Source: a virus
DNA: 64,000 nt
IMG/VR virus record: IMGVR_UViG_3300029419_000188
Reading direction: 5' to 3' (one strand)
Shown: positions 1 to 10,117 of the stretch, one piece after another
Layout of the letters: every line of letters starts with the position of its first letter
How positions within the stretch are numbered: the first letter of the stretch is position 1
The notes under the pieces: generated by a model
What the model saw: only the letters and a program-made list of their open reading frames with translations
Told to the model about the DNA's origin: nothing
Databases searched by the model: none
Position numbers and translations under genes: made by a program

Positions 1-39
1 TATAATTGACTAGTTAAGAAAGTATTATGTCTTTACATA

Positions 40-252
40 ATGTGGACTTAGGTGGTTGGGATTGTCAGGTATGCTTATGGATAGGCTGTAAGTGATTTGA
101 CTAACAATAGGTGAGAAACAATTTTGTTTCAAGATACTTGAAGACAATGACGCTTGACAAAATGGATATCGTCCAAGATAATCAGACAGATGATTTCTTT
201 GGAACATGAATGCCATGATAGACTTACACTAGAAGTCTGTCTATTTTTTTTC
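40..252 (+). ncRNA. candidate small RNA / 3' structured element: GC-richer segment ending in a rho-independent terminator
   Basis: GC-enriched relative to surroundings; no credible ORF; terminal hairpin agacttacactagaagtct followed by a T-run at ~219-252. Confidence 0.2.
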
Positions 253-598
253 TTTTCATGTTGCAAGGGGATTATCTGCCAAGATATATGAAATGAGTAC
301 GGTGTTTTATATAAAAAATTTGTTTTGAGTAATTTCAATACATTGTATTAAATTTTTACATCTTGGCAGATATTTCTCCCTCGAAGACAAATGTGTATTG
401 TTTTTATATGAAATCAAAAATTGATATCTTGTCTGAGAGGTGAATGCGAAATATACCTATTTAAAATTTTAAATAAAATTATAAATAATAAAAAGCATTC
501 ATCTAATTATATCTGTATATTCTGAAGAATAAATGAAATTGGTTCACGTACTGTGAAAGGATTTGCATAACAACAGAGTGTTTGTTTTGAAGTAATGA

Positions 599-1006
599 TT
601 CCTATCAGAATATATAAAACAAATATGAAATAAATGTTATTCCTATTTTGATATTCATTAAAATCCAATTCTAAATCATAAATATCAAATAGTAATCTGA
701 TAGGATACAAAAAAAATGATTATTGAATTCTAAAACAAACACGAACTCAATAGTGTTTGGTTGTAAGATAGATACCTATCAGAATATTTAAATCTAATCT
801 TAAATGAATGTATTTCAAATATTGATATTCATTAAAATCTAATTGTAAATCGTAAATGACAAATGGTAATCTGATAGGATATCAATCAAATAGTAAATTC
901 ATACCAAACACTATAAAGCAGTGTTAGATTCAAATAGTAATTCCTATCAGGATATAAAACTTATACTCTTATCATAAAAAATACATGATAATCTGATAAG
1001 ATATAT
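599..1006. repeat. three tandem ~110-bp modules, each bounded by inverted repeats (TTCCTATCAGA ... TCTGATAGGA), within a ~1.7 kb non-coding region
   Basis: copy 1 ~599-708, copy 2 ~774-882 (~80% identical to copy 1), shorter copy 3 ~941-1006; additional IR pair tctgccaagat (281-291) / atcttggcaga (362-372). Confidence 0.6.
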
Positions 1007-1678
1007 TACTAAATATTGTAATAATAAACACTGCAAACCCAGTACTGTAGTTGCAAATCCATTCCCTTCTATAGTAACAAGAACAATAGACAAGCTATTG
1101 TTCTATTTTGCGTTTTATGATTTCATTCTTCTATTAAGTATGATAAATTTATATAAAATCAGAAAGTAATAATATATAAAATACATCATACGTTTCGGTA
1201 ATTTTGATTGATAAAAATTATAAATAGAAATTTGTAAAAAAAATGATAAACAATCAAAATACTCCAAAGAACAGATTTAAAACAAGTAATGATTATAGAT
1301 GTTTTGATAAATAAAATATAATTGAAAATATATAAAATAAAATAGTTAACAAAACAAATTAATATATTAAAAACTGTTCTTTGTGATAGATACATCATTT
1401 ATGATAAGTTCTGTGTTCTTTAATAATTTCTTACCGATAAAAAAGAAGAATGATAATAGATGTACTGTTATCTTTAGAAACGCTATAGTATATTGAAATT
1501 ATATTTATATTGTTATATGATAAAACATTTATATATTATATTATTCAGATGAAAACTAATCAAAAATGTTTTTGTGTAATTTACACAAATTAAAATTTAT
1601 CTAAAATTTAAAAATATCTAAACACAAAAAAGTTAATACAGTTTTTTTTGTATTAGATTTCATGTTTTATAAAGTTTT

Positions 1679-1690
1679 ATCTATAATAAA
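1679..1690 (+). promoter_or_regulatory. recurrent promoter motif (T-rich)-ATCTATAATA, representative copy
   Basis: the same extended -10-like motif occurs at ~2557, 3417, 9835, 10296, 10650, 17583, 19174, 21583, 22403, 25792, 30793, 34894 and 46486, each 20-60 bp upstream of a start codon. Confidence 0.55.
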
Positions 1691-1729
1691 AAAATGAAAT
1701 TAAAAAAGAATAAAAAAGGAGGAGTTTTT

Positions 1730-2497
1730 GTGAAAGTTGGATATGCAATTTTATATAAAGATGGTACTTTAACCATTTCTAAAAAACATACTATTTTACA
1801 AAAACCAATTTATAAAGATTATGGTGAGTTTGATGATAATAAGATTCCTTGGGCATGGGGAAAAGATGATAATTGTTTTATCATTGTACAAGTATGGATA
1901 TTGAATCAAGTAAAATCTAATTGTATGAAAGAATGGTTTGCTGATTGTTACAATTTAACTACATTAATAGATTTCCAAAATTTAGATGTATCTGATTGTG
2001 AAGATTTTTCATGTTTATTTTATGATTGTCAAACCTTAAAAGATATATCATCATTAAAGGAGTGGAATGTTTCGAGTGGTAAAAGTTTTTCTAATATGTT
2101 TAGAGATTGTTACTCATTAATAGATATTTCAGCATTAGAAAATTGGAATGTATCAAATGGAAAATATTTTTCTTTCATGTTTTATCGGTGTAAATTATTA
2201 ACAAATATATCATCATTAAAAGATTGGGATGTTTCTAATGGTAGAAAATTTGATAGTATGTTTATAGCTTGCAGTTCATTGACAGACATTTCTGCTTTAG
2301 GAAATTGGCAGATGTCTAATGGTAAAGATTTTAGAACTATGTTTGGAGATTGTATTAATTTGAGAAAAATTCACTTACCAAATACTTTAAATTTTTTAAC
2401 ATTTATCATGTTTGATGGTAGTAATGAAAATTTAAAAATCCATTGGAAAAATCATGTTTATACTTATGATGATTTACTTGAATACAAAAGATTTTAA
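1730..2497 (+). CDS. DUF285 / PARCEL-repeat protein (repeated WNVSNG..F..MF..C.SL.DIS units)
   Basis: tandem ~25-aa repeats with W(D/N)VSNG and MF motifs; start reassigned to GTG 1730, 7 nt after AGGAGG (the ATG at 1694 lies within a few nt of the TATAAT box); N-terminus aligns with the pseudogene copy at 59461. Confidence 0.7.
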   Translation: MKVGYAILYKDGTLTISKKHTILQKPIYKDYGEFDDNKIPWAWGKDDNCFIIVQVWILNQVKSNCMKEWFADCYNLTTLIDFQNLDVSDCEDFSCLFYDCQTLKDISSLKEWNVSSGKSFSNMFRDCYSLIDISALENWNVSNGKYFSFMFYRCKLLTNISSLKDWDVSNGRKFDSMFIACSSLTDISALGNWQMSNGKDFRTMFGDCINLRKIHLPNTLNFLTFIMFDGSNENLKIHWKNHVYTYDDLLEYKRF

Positions 2498-2605
2498 AGA
2501 AATGCAAAAGTTAGAACATTTATTGGTATTAGTTTTTATATCTTTTAAAGTTTTCTCTATAATAAAAAAATGAAATTAAAAAAGAATAAAAAAGGAGGAG
2601 TTTTT

Positions 2606-3361
2606 GTGAAAGTTGGATATGCAATTTTATATGAAGATGGTACTTTAACCATTTCTAAAAAACATACTATTTTACAAACACCAATATATATAGATTTTGG
2701 AGAGTTTGATGATAATAAGATTCCTTGGTATCATGAAATAGAGTTTATTAAAAATGTACAAATTATTGAACCTATGAAAGTTACATGTTTGGTTTATTGG
2801 TTTTATCATTGTACAAATTTAACTACATTAATTGATTTTCAAAATCTAGATGTATCTGATTGTGAAGAATTTTCTTATTTATTTTGTGGTTGTCAATCAT
2901 TAAAGAATATTTTATCATTAAAGAATTGGAATGTTTCTAATGGAAAAGAATTTTCATTTATGTTTGCAAATTGTACATCCTTACAAGATATTTCAGCATT
3001 ATCTAATTGGAATATGTCTAATGGAGAAGAACTTTCTAATATGTTTTGTGGTTGTAATTCTCTAACAGATATTTCAGAATTACAAAATTGGGATGTATCT
3101 AATGGGAAATTCTTTTCATTTATGTTTTGTAGTTGTAAATCTTTAATTAATGTTTCAGCATTACAAAATTGGAATATGTTTAATGGAGAAACTTTTTATT
3201 ATTTGTTTTGTGATTGTTTCAATTTAAAAGAAATTCATTTACCAAATAGGTTAAATTTTTTAACATTTACCATGTTTGATGGTTGTAATGAAAATTTAAA
3301 AATTCATTGGAAAAATAAAATTTATACTTATGAGGATGTAATTGAATATAAAAAATTTTAA
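2606..3361 (+). CDS. DUF285 / PARCEL-repeat protein, tandem paralog of 1730..2497
   Basis: same promoter, leader and N-terminus as upstream copy; same repeat architecture; GTG start after AGGAGG. Confidence 0.7.
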   Translation: MKVGYAILYEDGTLTISKKHTILQTPIYIDFGEFDDNKIPWYHEIEFIKNVQIIEPMKVTCLVYWFYHCTNLTTLIDFQNLDVSDCEEFSYLFCGCQSLKNILSLKNWNVSNGKEFSFMFANCTSLQDISALSNWNMSNGEELSNMFCGCNSLTDISELQNWDVSNGKFFSFMFCSCKSLINVSALQNWNMFNGETFYYLFCDCFNLKEIHLPNRLNFLTFTMFDGCNENLKIHWKNKIYTYEDVIEYKKF

Positions 3362-3447
3362 AACATGAAAAGCTAAGACATTTTTTGTATTAGATTTTAT
3401 ATTTTATAGAGTTTTATCTATAATAAAAAAAATAAAAATTTATTATT

Positions 3448-3562
3448 TGGAAAAGAATACTCCAACTGATTCATGAACAAAACAACGTTTTGTGAATGAC
3501 AGTATTTTCATGAACAACACAATGTTTTGTGAATAATCAGTCAGAGATGAATTTTCCAACTC
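3448..3562 (+). repeat. IS200/IS605 left-end-derived repeat, copy A (contains a ~65-bp internal duplication-bearing insert)
   Basis: shares ggaaaagaatactccaactgatt ... atcagtcagagatgaattttccaactcg with the IS end at 62084-62172; near-perfect inverted copy at 6478-6562. Confidence 0.6.
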
Positions 3563-4220
3563 GTAAGAGTACAAACAGAGAAAATCTTTCTCTGTTTGTT
3601 GTAATTTTAAACAAAAGTAAATAACTTAATGATAAAAATATTGTGTAATTTTCACAAAAAAAATAGATAATGCAATAAATGATTATACATTTATCATAAA
3701 TTGTAATATAATAGAAATTGATAATTCAGAAAAAGATATTATTTTTGAAAAATTTAAGAAATATTGTTTAAAAGAAGTTAGTGAACTACCACAAACCCTC
3801 TAACGAGGGAATGTGGCTTCTATTCAATAGTTCACTAGACCATGACATTAAGAAATTGAGATGATGCAGGGATAGATAGATTATAACACCTACGGTTGTC
3901 GCCTCAGACTGTTGTTCTGTCGTATATATTTAAGTAGAGTTAGCGTAAGCAAAGCTCGGTGATATATACATGTAAGTCTCTTTATCAAGGTCGAGAGGAA
4001 GTACAAATGATATATTGTGGTATAACTTCTTTATACATATGATATATCAGTAGTCATAACAAAATATAGAAAAGTTTTCTTTCCTATATTTTGAATTATC
4101 GTATTCAGTTACTTCATTTTTTATAATTGAACAGAAATTCCATCAGATGTTTAAGAATATTTTAAATTTTTCACAACATATTCTTATACTTCTTTTTCAT
4201 TAACTGAAAGGAAAAAATAA

Positions 4221-4610
4221 ATGAATACAGATATTGATATAATTATTGAAGATTTAGTTATGATTGCAAAAGAACAGATAAACATAAATTATCCAATTCA
4301 AATTGAAGAACTAAAGCCATATATTGTTTCATTTAATTCTGATTTTAAGGATTTATCTTTATTTGATATGTGTTTTGAATTAGGAAAATTTTTGATAGAG
4401 ATGTTAGATTATCATTCAGAAATATTTTCTGATGAACAACTTTATAATAAATTTGCAGCTAGATTTTTATTTCCACCAGAATTATTTGTTGACAATTGTA
4501 GAAAATTTATGAAAAATGGAAAAGTAAATTGTACAAAAGTTGCTGAGTATTATAAAGTACCTATCAAAGTCATTGTACTACGTGGAATGGAATTAAATTT
4601 ATGGACATAA
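4221..4610 (+). CDS. ImmA/IrrE-like (DUF955-type) domain protein with a degenerate metal site
   Basis: C-terminal E..YNKFAARFLFPPELF resembles the ImmA motif (AN.FA..LLMP); the expected HEXXH position reads FELGKFL, suggesting an inactive peptidase; RBS GAAAGGA. Confidence 0.4.
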   Translation: MNTDIDIIIEDLVMIAKEQININYPIQIEELKPYIVSFNSDFKDLSLFDMCFELGKFLIEMLDYHSEIFSDEQLYNKFAARFLFPPELFVDNCRKFMKNGKVNCTKVAEYYKVPIKVIVLRGMELNLWT

Positions 4611-4898
4611 GAAAATTTATAAAAGAGACATGTCTCAACTTGATTTTTTTAATACAGTTGATGAAGACTGAATTGATACAGATATTTTATATCTACACAA
4701 AAATCAATGGACAGATTTTTAAACAACAAAAGATTTAAATGAAGAAAAAAAAAAGAAGATATTCAAGAATATGGACCAAATTCCACTATTATAATTCATT
4801 AAAACAAACCAGTCATCACTGATGGCTGGTTTTAGTCTATTATAAATTATAAAAACAATTAATTAAATTGTATCTACAATTCTTTATTTTTTCTCAAA

Positions 4899-5246
4899 TT
4901 ATCTCATCTCAATTTTTTCTTCAATACCATCAACAACATAGTAGATCATACAATCTTCTGGTTTTACATAAATTTGTAATTCTGTTGCGTTTGGATGTTT
5001 TTCTCTAATTTCTTCTTCAACTTTTCTCAAATCAAATTGAGTATCACCAATTTCAAGATAAAGTTCATTTTTCTTTAATCTCTTCTTCCGTTTCTTCTTT
5101 GGAATTTCTTCTTTCATTTTTTCAACAACTTTTTCACTAGTTGTTTTTTCTTTCTTCTTTTCTACATCCTTTCCCTTTTTCTTAGGTTCTGTAATTTTTT
5201 CAACAGTAGTTTCTTCAACTACATCTGTATTTTCTAATTTTTTCAT
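4899..5246 (-). CDS. hypothetical lysine-rich basic protein
   Basis: ORF with good RBS (aaaggaag) on the minus strand; highly charged N-terminal half. Confidence 0.5.
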   Translation of the reverse strand: MKKLENTDVVEETTVEKITEPKKKGKDVEKKKEKTTSEKVVEKMKEEIPKKKRKKRLKKNELYLEIGDTQFDLRKVEEEIREKHPNATELQIYVKPEDCMIYYVVDGIEEKIEMR

Positions 5247-5556
5247 TTTTTTCTTCCTTTCAAATTTTGATGTTTATAAGTTAAATAATTAACTATAATA
5301 TTTATAGTAACATTGTAGTATAGTATAAATTAAAAAAAAATATTCAAGAAAAATGTATGAATTGGGAAAAGAAGAATAATTAATTGTGTTTAGACATTTT
5401 TAAAAACTAATCAAAAATGCGTTTATGTAATTTGCACAAAATTAAAAAAGATATATGATTTTACAGTGTTTTTTTTAATTTTTGAATAATTTTACATCTT
5501 TCATTTATAATACAAAAAATAAAATATTAAAATTTATAAAAAAAGGAGAGAAAATT

Positions 5557-6138
5557 ATGAATAAAATTTTTTGTATTATGGGTAAATCATCATCTGGAAA
5601 AGATACAATTTATAATCTTATTAAAAATCAATTTGAATTTGAGAATCTTTTGCCTGTGGTAATTTATAGCACTCGTCCAATGAGAGATGGAGAAATTCAA
5701 GATGAAACATATCATTTTATTTCTATGGACAAGATGAATGAACTTGAAAAGAATGGAGAATTAATTGAGAGAAGAAATTATGATACGGTAAATGGTATTT
5801 GGTCTTATGCAACTGGAATTAATTGTTTCAAACATAATAATAATTATCTTATTATTACAACACCAATTGCTTATAAAGAAATGCAGGATAAAATTAATGA
5901 TTTTGAACTTATACCAATCTATATTGAAGTAAATGATTATATTCGACTCACACGTGCATTAAATAGAGAAAAAATGAATGAAAACGAAAATTATGCAGAA
6001 GTGTGTAGAAGATTTTTATCTGATGCAGATGACTTTAGTGAAGAAATTCTTGAAAAATTAAAGATTACAAATAGATTTAATAATGATGAAAATTGTCTAA
6101 AAGAAGTTGAGTCATTTATAAAGCAAAATATAAATTAA
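5557..6138 (+). CDS. guanylate kinase-like nucleoside monophosphate kinase
   Basis: P-loop GKSSSGKDT and VIYSTRPMRDGEI..ETYHFIS match the Gmk pattern (G.SG.GK.T ... TTR.PR.GE..G.DYHF); start moved to the ATG with RBS AAAAAGGAGAGAAAATT. Confidence 0.65.
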   Translation: MNKIFCIMGKSSSGKDTIYNLIKNQFEFENLLPVVIYSTRPMRDGEIQDETYHFISMDKMNELEKNGELIERRNYDTVNGIWSYATGINCFKHNNNYLIITTPIAYKEMQDKINDFELIPIYIEVNDYIRLTRALNREKMNENENYAEVCRRFLSDADDFSEEILEKLKITNRFNNDENCLKEVESFIKQNIN

Positions 6139-6477
6139 AAAAGGAACTACTAACTGTTTGAACTAATTTACACAATTTATATAAAACTGAATATGTTTGA
6201 ATGGTTTTCAATAACAAATATAATTTAAGAGTACATTAAACATTGGTTGTAAAAAAAAGGAAGGAAAAATAAATGAAAAAATGATTGAATAAACAAATGA
6301 GTGCATTTGTTCTTGGATTTTTGGATACAGAAATGAATTATCGTTCTACAACAGATGAGGTTGTAGATGCCATCAAAATTGTAAAAGAACATATTATTAA
6401 AAAATTTTGGACAAGTTAGAAAGAAGTAATTATGAAACAGTAGAATGTGAATGATCTTATACAATTAATGTACATTC

Positions 6478-6562
6478 TTCATTGTGTTGTTCATGAAAAT
6501 ACTGTTATTCACAAAACGTTGTTTTGTTCATGAATCAGTTGGAGTGCTCTTTTGCCATTTTT
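6478..6562 (-). repeat. IS200/IS605 left-end-derived repeat, copy B (inverted relative to copy A)
   Basis: reverse complement matches copy A over ~70 bp with ~1 mismatch; its outer flank tctatc(a/g)aaaatggcaaaagagcactccaactgatt matches the IS end at 62084. Confidence 0.6.
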
Positions 6563-6615
6563 GATAGAAAAGAATTAATTATAAAAAAAATTAAATTTTA
6601 AAAGGAGAGAAAAAA

Positions 6616-7236
6616 ATGAAAGAAAATAAAGAATCTGTAGTTAGTAATGAAGATTTTACAAATATTTATAATAAAAATTCAGAAGAAATCAAAAATTTAA
6701 ATATAAAAAAGTCAGAAAGAAATTTTGAAAAAACAGTAACAAATATGAATGAAATAGATTATTTGAGACGAATATATACAAATCCAATACTTAGAATGAC
6801 AGAAATAGATTGTTCTAGTATTTCAACTGAAAACTGTGAAATGTGTTGTATGTTTATTGGAGATAATATATATTCTAGTGCATATGGTCAAATAAAAGGC
6901 TGTTTTAGATATAAAGATAATCGATTATTTGTATTTAATTGGAATATTCATCAACCAAATCAACCAGCAAAATTAGTAAATAGAATGACAAATATTAAAG
7001 AATTTGTAAAAAAATATGATGCAAGATTTAATTTGGAATATTTTTCATTTGAAGATACTTTATTTGGACTTAAATCATTTTTTATCTATACACCTTATGA
7101 TTCATTAACAACAAATGATGATAAAGATTTGAGAATATTAATGAAAAGTATAAGATCATTTGTAACAAAAGAAGAATTATATAAAAAAATAAAAAAAATG
7201 GATAAGAAATATTTAGAATTAAAAGGAATGGTTTAA
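6616..7236 (+). CDS. hypothetical protein, paralog family A (Cys-rich core CSSIS..NC.MCCMFIGDNIYS)
   Basis: consensus leader and RBS; ~75% identical over the core to 7947..8453. Confidence 0.6.
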   Translation: MKENKESVVSNEDFTNIYNKNSEEIKNLNIKKSERNFEKTVTNMNEIDYLRRIYTNPILRMTEIDCSSISTENCEMCCMFIGDNIYSSAYGQIKGCFRYKDNRLFVFNWNIHQPNQPAKLVNRMTNIKEFVKKYDARFNLEYFSFEDTLFGLKSFFIYTPYDSLTTNDDKDLRILMKSIRSFVTKEELYKKIKKMDKKYLELKGMV

Positions 7237-7237
7237 T

Positions 7238-7816
7238 ATGGAAACGTTGAAGAGTAATTGGAGAAAAATTGAAGAAAAAAAGAAAGAGTGGTTAAATTTT
7301 TATAAAAAAAATACAGAATATAAAAATGTAAATATGAAAGTTTTACAATTCATTAATGAAATTACATTTTTTCCAAATTTGGATTGTACTTCAGATGGAT
7401 GTATTGACAATCTTTTTTTTAATGGATATTGCTATTATTTTGCACAAATTTTAAATACTGCTTTTTCAGGTGGTACCGTTTGTTGGAGCGTAGATCGAGG
7501 TCATATTGTTTGGTTGGATGGTACTGACTTAGAAAATGATATTGCTTATGATATTACTGGTGTTTATGAAGATTATGAAGAACTTCGTCCAGTTTCATAT
7601 CTTGGAACAACAATTGTTGATTTTTTACATAATGGTGAAAAATGGAAATCAAATGATAAAGAATTTGAGAAATATTGTAAAGAAAAAAATGTGGAAGAAA
7701 TTTATGAAATTGAAACAATATGGATGAATATTCCAAAAGAAATATTAAAAAAATATGATAAGACAAATTTAACATTACCAGAAGTTGCATTAGATTATTG
7801 GCATAAAAACAAGTAA
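7238..7816 (+). CDS. hypothetical protein
   Basis: ORF coupled 2 nt after the upstream gene; terminator hairpin at ~7824-7862. Confidence 0.5.
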   Translation: METLKSNWRKIEEKKKEWLNFYKKNTEYKNVNMKVLQFINEITFFPNLDCTSDGCIDNLFFNGYCYYFAQILNTAFSGGTVCWSVDRGHIVWLDGTDLENDIAYDITGVYEDYEELRPVSYLGTTIVDFLHNGEKWKSNDKEFEKYCKEKNVEEIYEIETIWMNIPKEILKKYDKTNLTLPEVALDYWHKNK

Positions 7817-7946
7817 TCCTAACAAAAGAACTTGCAAATTATATTTTGTGAGTTCTTTTGTTTAAAGGTAATATTTTGTTTATAATTATTTATAATATAT
7901 ATATCATAACTATTAAAAATAGAAAGGAGAAAAAATATTAATTAAT

Positions 7947-8453
7947 ATGGATGAAATAAATTATTTAAGAAAAATGTATACAAATAAGATAATGCAAATG
8001 ACAGAAATGGATTGTTCAAGTATATCAACTAAAAATTGTAAAATGTGTTGTATGTTTATTGGTGATAATATATATTCTAATGCATATGGACAAATAAAAG
8101 GTTGTTTTAGATATAAAGATAATAGATTATTTGTATTTAATTGGAATGTTCACAGACCAAATGAACCTGCAAAATTAGCAAACCAAATGACACTTATTCA
8201 AGAATTTTCAAGAAAATATGATTCTGAATTTAATTGTGAATATTTTGCATTTGAGGATACATTGTTTGGTCAGAAAGCATTTTTCTTGTATACACCATAT
8301 ACTTCATTAACAACAGATGAAGAGAAAGATTTAAGATTATTAATGAAAAATGTAAAAAATTTTGTAGTAAAAAAAGAATTATGTAAAAAGTTACGAAAAA
8401 TGGATAAAAAATATTTGAGATTGAAAGAGACACAAGAGACTTATGAAGATTAG
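7947..8453 (+). CDS. hypothetical protein, paralog family A
   Basis: paralog of 6616..7236; RBS AAAGGAGA. Confidence 0.6.
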   Translation: MDEINYLRKMYTNKIMQMTEMDCSSISTKNCKMCCMFIGDNIYSNAYGQIKGCFRYKDNRLFVFNWNVHRPNEPAKLANQMTLIQEFSRKYDSEFNCEYFAFEDTLFGQKAFFLYTPYTSLTTDEEKDLRLLMKNVKNFVVKKELCKKLRKMDKKYLRLKETQETYED

Positions 8454-8784
8454 ATTAGATTTTGTTACAAATTCATCAAGTTCATCATTTATTATTACAA
8501 ATACAAATAATCAATCAATTAATGGATTAGGAATTGCTTTTTAGCTTAAATATGAATTTGAAAATGTTTGTGAAGAACTAGGAATTGATAATTATACATT
8601 TCAAGAATTTATAAATGATACATTTAGTCGTATTTCAAGGAATATTCAACCATGTGAAACTATTACGATTGAGTGTGAAGACAATGGATCTAATATTTTT
8701 GATACAGTTATTTATGAAACAATAAGAAACACATGGAAAGAATTTTCAACATTTTTAATTCAATTTGAAGAAAATCATCATTGA
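8443..8784 (+). pseudogene. ORF interrupted by a single in-frame TAG (8542-8544)
   Basis: ATG 8443 and TGA 8782-8784 share one frame (342 nt) with only one internal stop; no alternative start after the TAG. Confidence 0.3.
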
Positions 8785-8808
8785 TATTTTTAAAAAGGAG
8801 GAGTTTTA

Positions 8809-9495
8809 ATGAATAAAGAAATGATAGAAGCGTTAAATCATATTCAAAAAGATATAAATAATTTGGAAAAACAAAAAGAAACAATAAAAAATATCGATTT
8901 GAATAAATCTGTAACAGAAACAGAATGGCATAATATTTGTTTAACACCACTACGGAATACAACTATTATGAAAAAGCTTTTAAAAAACATATTTCCAAAT
9001 GCAACTGACATTAAAGTTAGAGCAAATGATGTATTATTTACATTATATGGATTTGAATGTTCCATTCCAACATGGATAGGTAAATGTATTAATTTAAATA
9101 TGTCTTGGAATTATGAATTAAAAGAACCAACAATTGAGAGTTTCATGAGTCGTAGTGAATACAGTATGAGATTATACTTTGAAACACTTGATAATCATGG
9201 TCAGTGGGAATTATTATTTAACTATAGATTACCAACTTATAAAAATAGTAAAAAAATAATAAAATTTTTCATGTGGTTTGGAAAATATAAATGGAAAGAT
9301 GTTCATCGAGAAAAATGGGAAGAACAATTCAAAAATACAGAAAACAAATTAAAAACAGAATTAGAAACATATAAACAAAAGAAAAAAAATATAGAAAAAA
9401 AGAGAAAACTACTACATGAAAAATTACTACCAGAACTTTATGATTTTACAAATGAAGTTTCACATATGAATGATCAATCAGTTATAATTTCTTAA
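8809..9495 (+). CDS. hypothetical protein, paralog family B
   Basis: RBS AAAAGGAGGAG; paralog of 19220..19903 (shared NATDIK, LYGF.C..PT, WFGKYKWK.VHREKWEEQFKNTE). Confidence 0.6.
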   Translation: MNKEMIEALNHIQKDINNLEKQKETIKNIDLNKSVTETEWHNICLTPLRNTTIMKKLLKNIFPNATDIKVRANDVLFTLYGFECSIPTWIGKCINLNMSWNYELKEPTIESFMSRSEYSMRLYFETLDNHGQWELLFNYRLPTYKNSKKIIKFFMWFGKYKWKDVHREKWEEQFKNTENKLKTELETYKQKKKNIEKKRKLLHEKLLPELYDFTNEVSHMNDQSVIIS

Positions 9496-9755
9496 AAAAA
9501 ATAAGAAAGGAATAAAATTTTATGAATGATAGATGTTTATATAATGTACAAAAATCAATTATTGAAGAAATTAAACAAGAATTGTTAAAGAAAGCAGAAA
9601 CAGAAAGACAAAAAAATGTAATTAAAGAAGTTTGTAATTCGGTTGCAAGAAAACACAGATTTGATGATTTAAAATAATTTAAGTGTTAAAAAAATGCATT
9701 ATAATTGATATTTTGGTTAACTTGATTCAAAAACTTAACTTCACTATAAAAAATT

Positions 9756-9795
9756 ACTCCACTTGATTTAAACAAGTGGAGTTTTATAACTTTAA
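9756..9795 (+). terminator. rho-independent terminator
   Basis: hairpin actccacttg-attt-aaacaagtggagt followed by TTTTAT. Confidence 0.6.
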
Positions 9796-9886
9796 TAAAA
9801 AATAAACTTTTAAGTTGTAATTATTTTTCTTGTATCTATAATAAAAAAGAACAAGTAATTAATAAGAATAAAAAGGAGAAAATTTT

Positions 9887-10117
9887 ATGAAATTTGAAAA
9901 ATATAATAAAGTATCATTTTTACATCAAAGATATATTCAACAAATACGGACGTATTTAAATTCAGTTGGAAATTTAAATGCAACAGATCTTGAATTAGAA
10001 AATGCTTGGATACAATTTTCAGAGTATTTTCTTAATCAAAATTGGATTGAAGTAACTAATATGCATCTAAAAGTCTTTGCAGAATGGTTACAAAAATATT
10101 GTGATGAAATTGAATAA
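9887..10117 (+). CDS. hypothetical small protein (NATDLELENAW family)
   Basis: promoter tctataat at 9835 and RBS; C-terminal motif shared with the C-terminus of 46978..47478; terminator hairpin at 10161-10196. Confidence 0.5.
   Translation: MKFEKYNKVSFLHQRYIQQIRTYLNSVGNLNATDLELENAWIQFSEYFLNQNWIEVTNMHLKVFAEWLQKYCDEIE

Noticed and set aside
25-1398. Track ORFs 25..216(-), 129..338(-), 507..710(-), 1186..1398(-) in the first 1.4 kb
   Set aside because: They lie in a repeat-rich, AT-rich non-coding region, lack RBSs, and overlap inverted-repeat modules. I treat them as non-coding.
1694-1732. ATG at 1694 (and 2570) as the start of the DUF285 genes
   Set aside because: The ATG sits only a few nt from the TATAAT box and upstream of the AGGAGG RBS. 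The GTG at 1730 (2606) has proper spacing and matches the N-terminus of the paralog at 59461.
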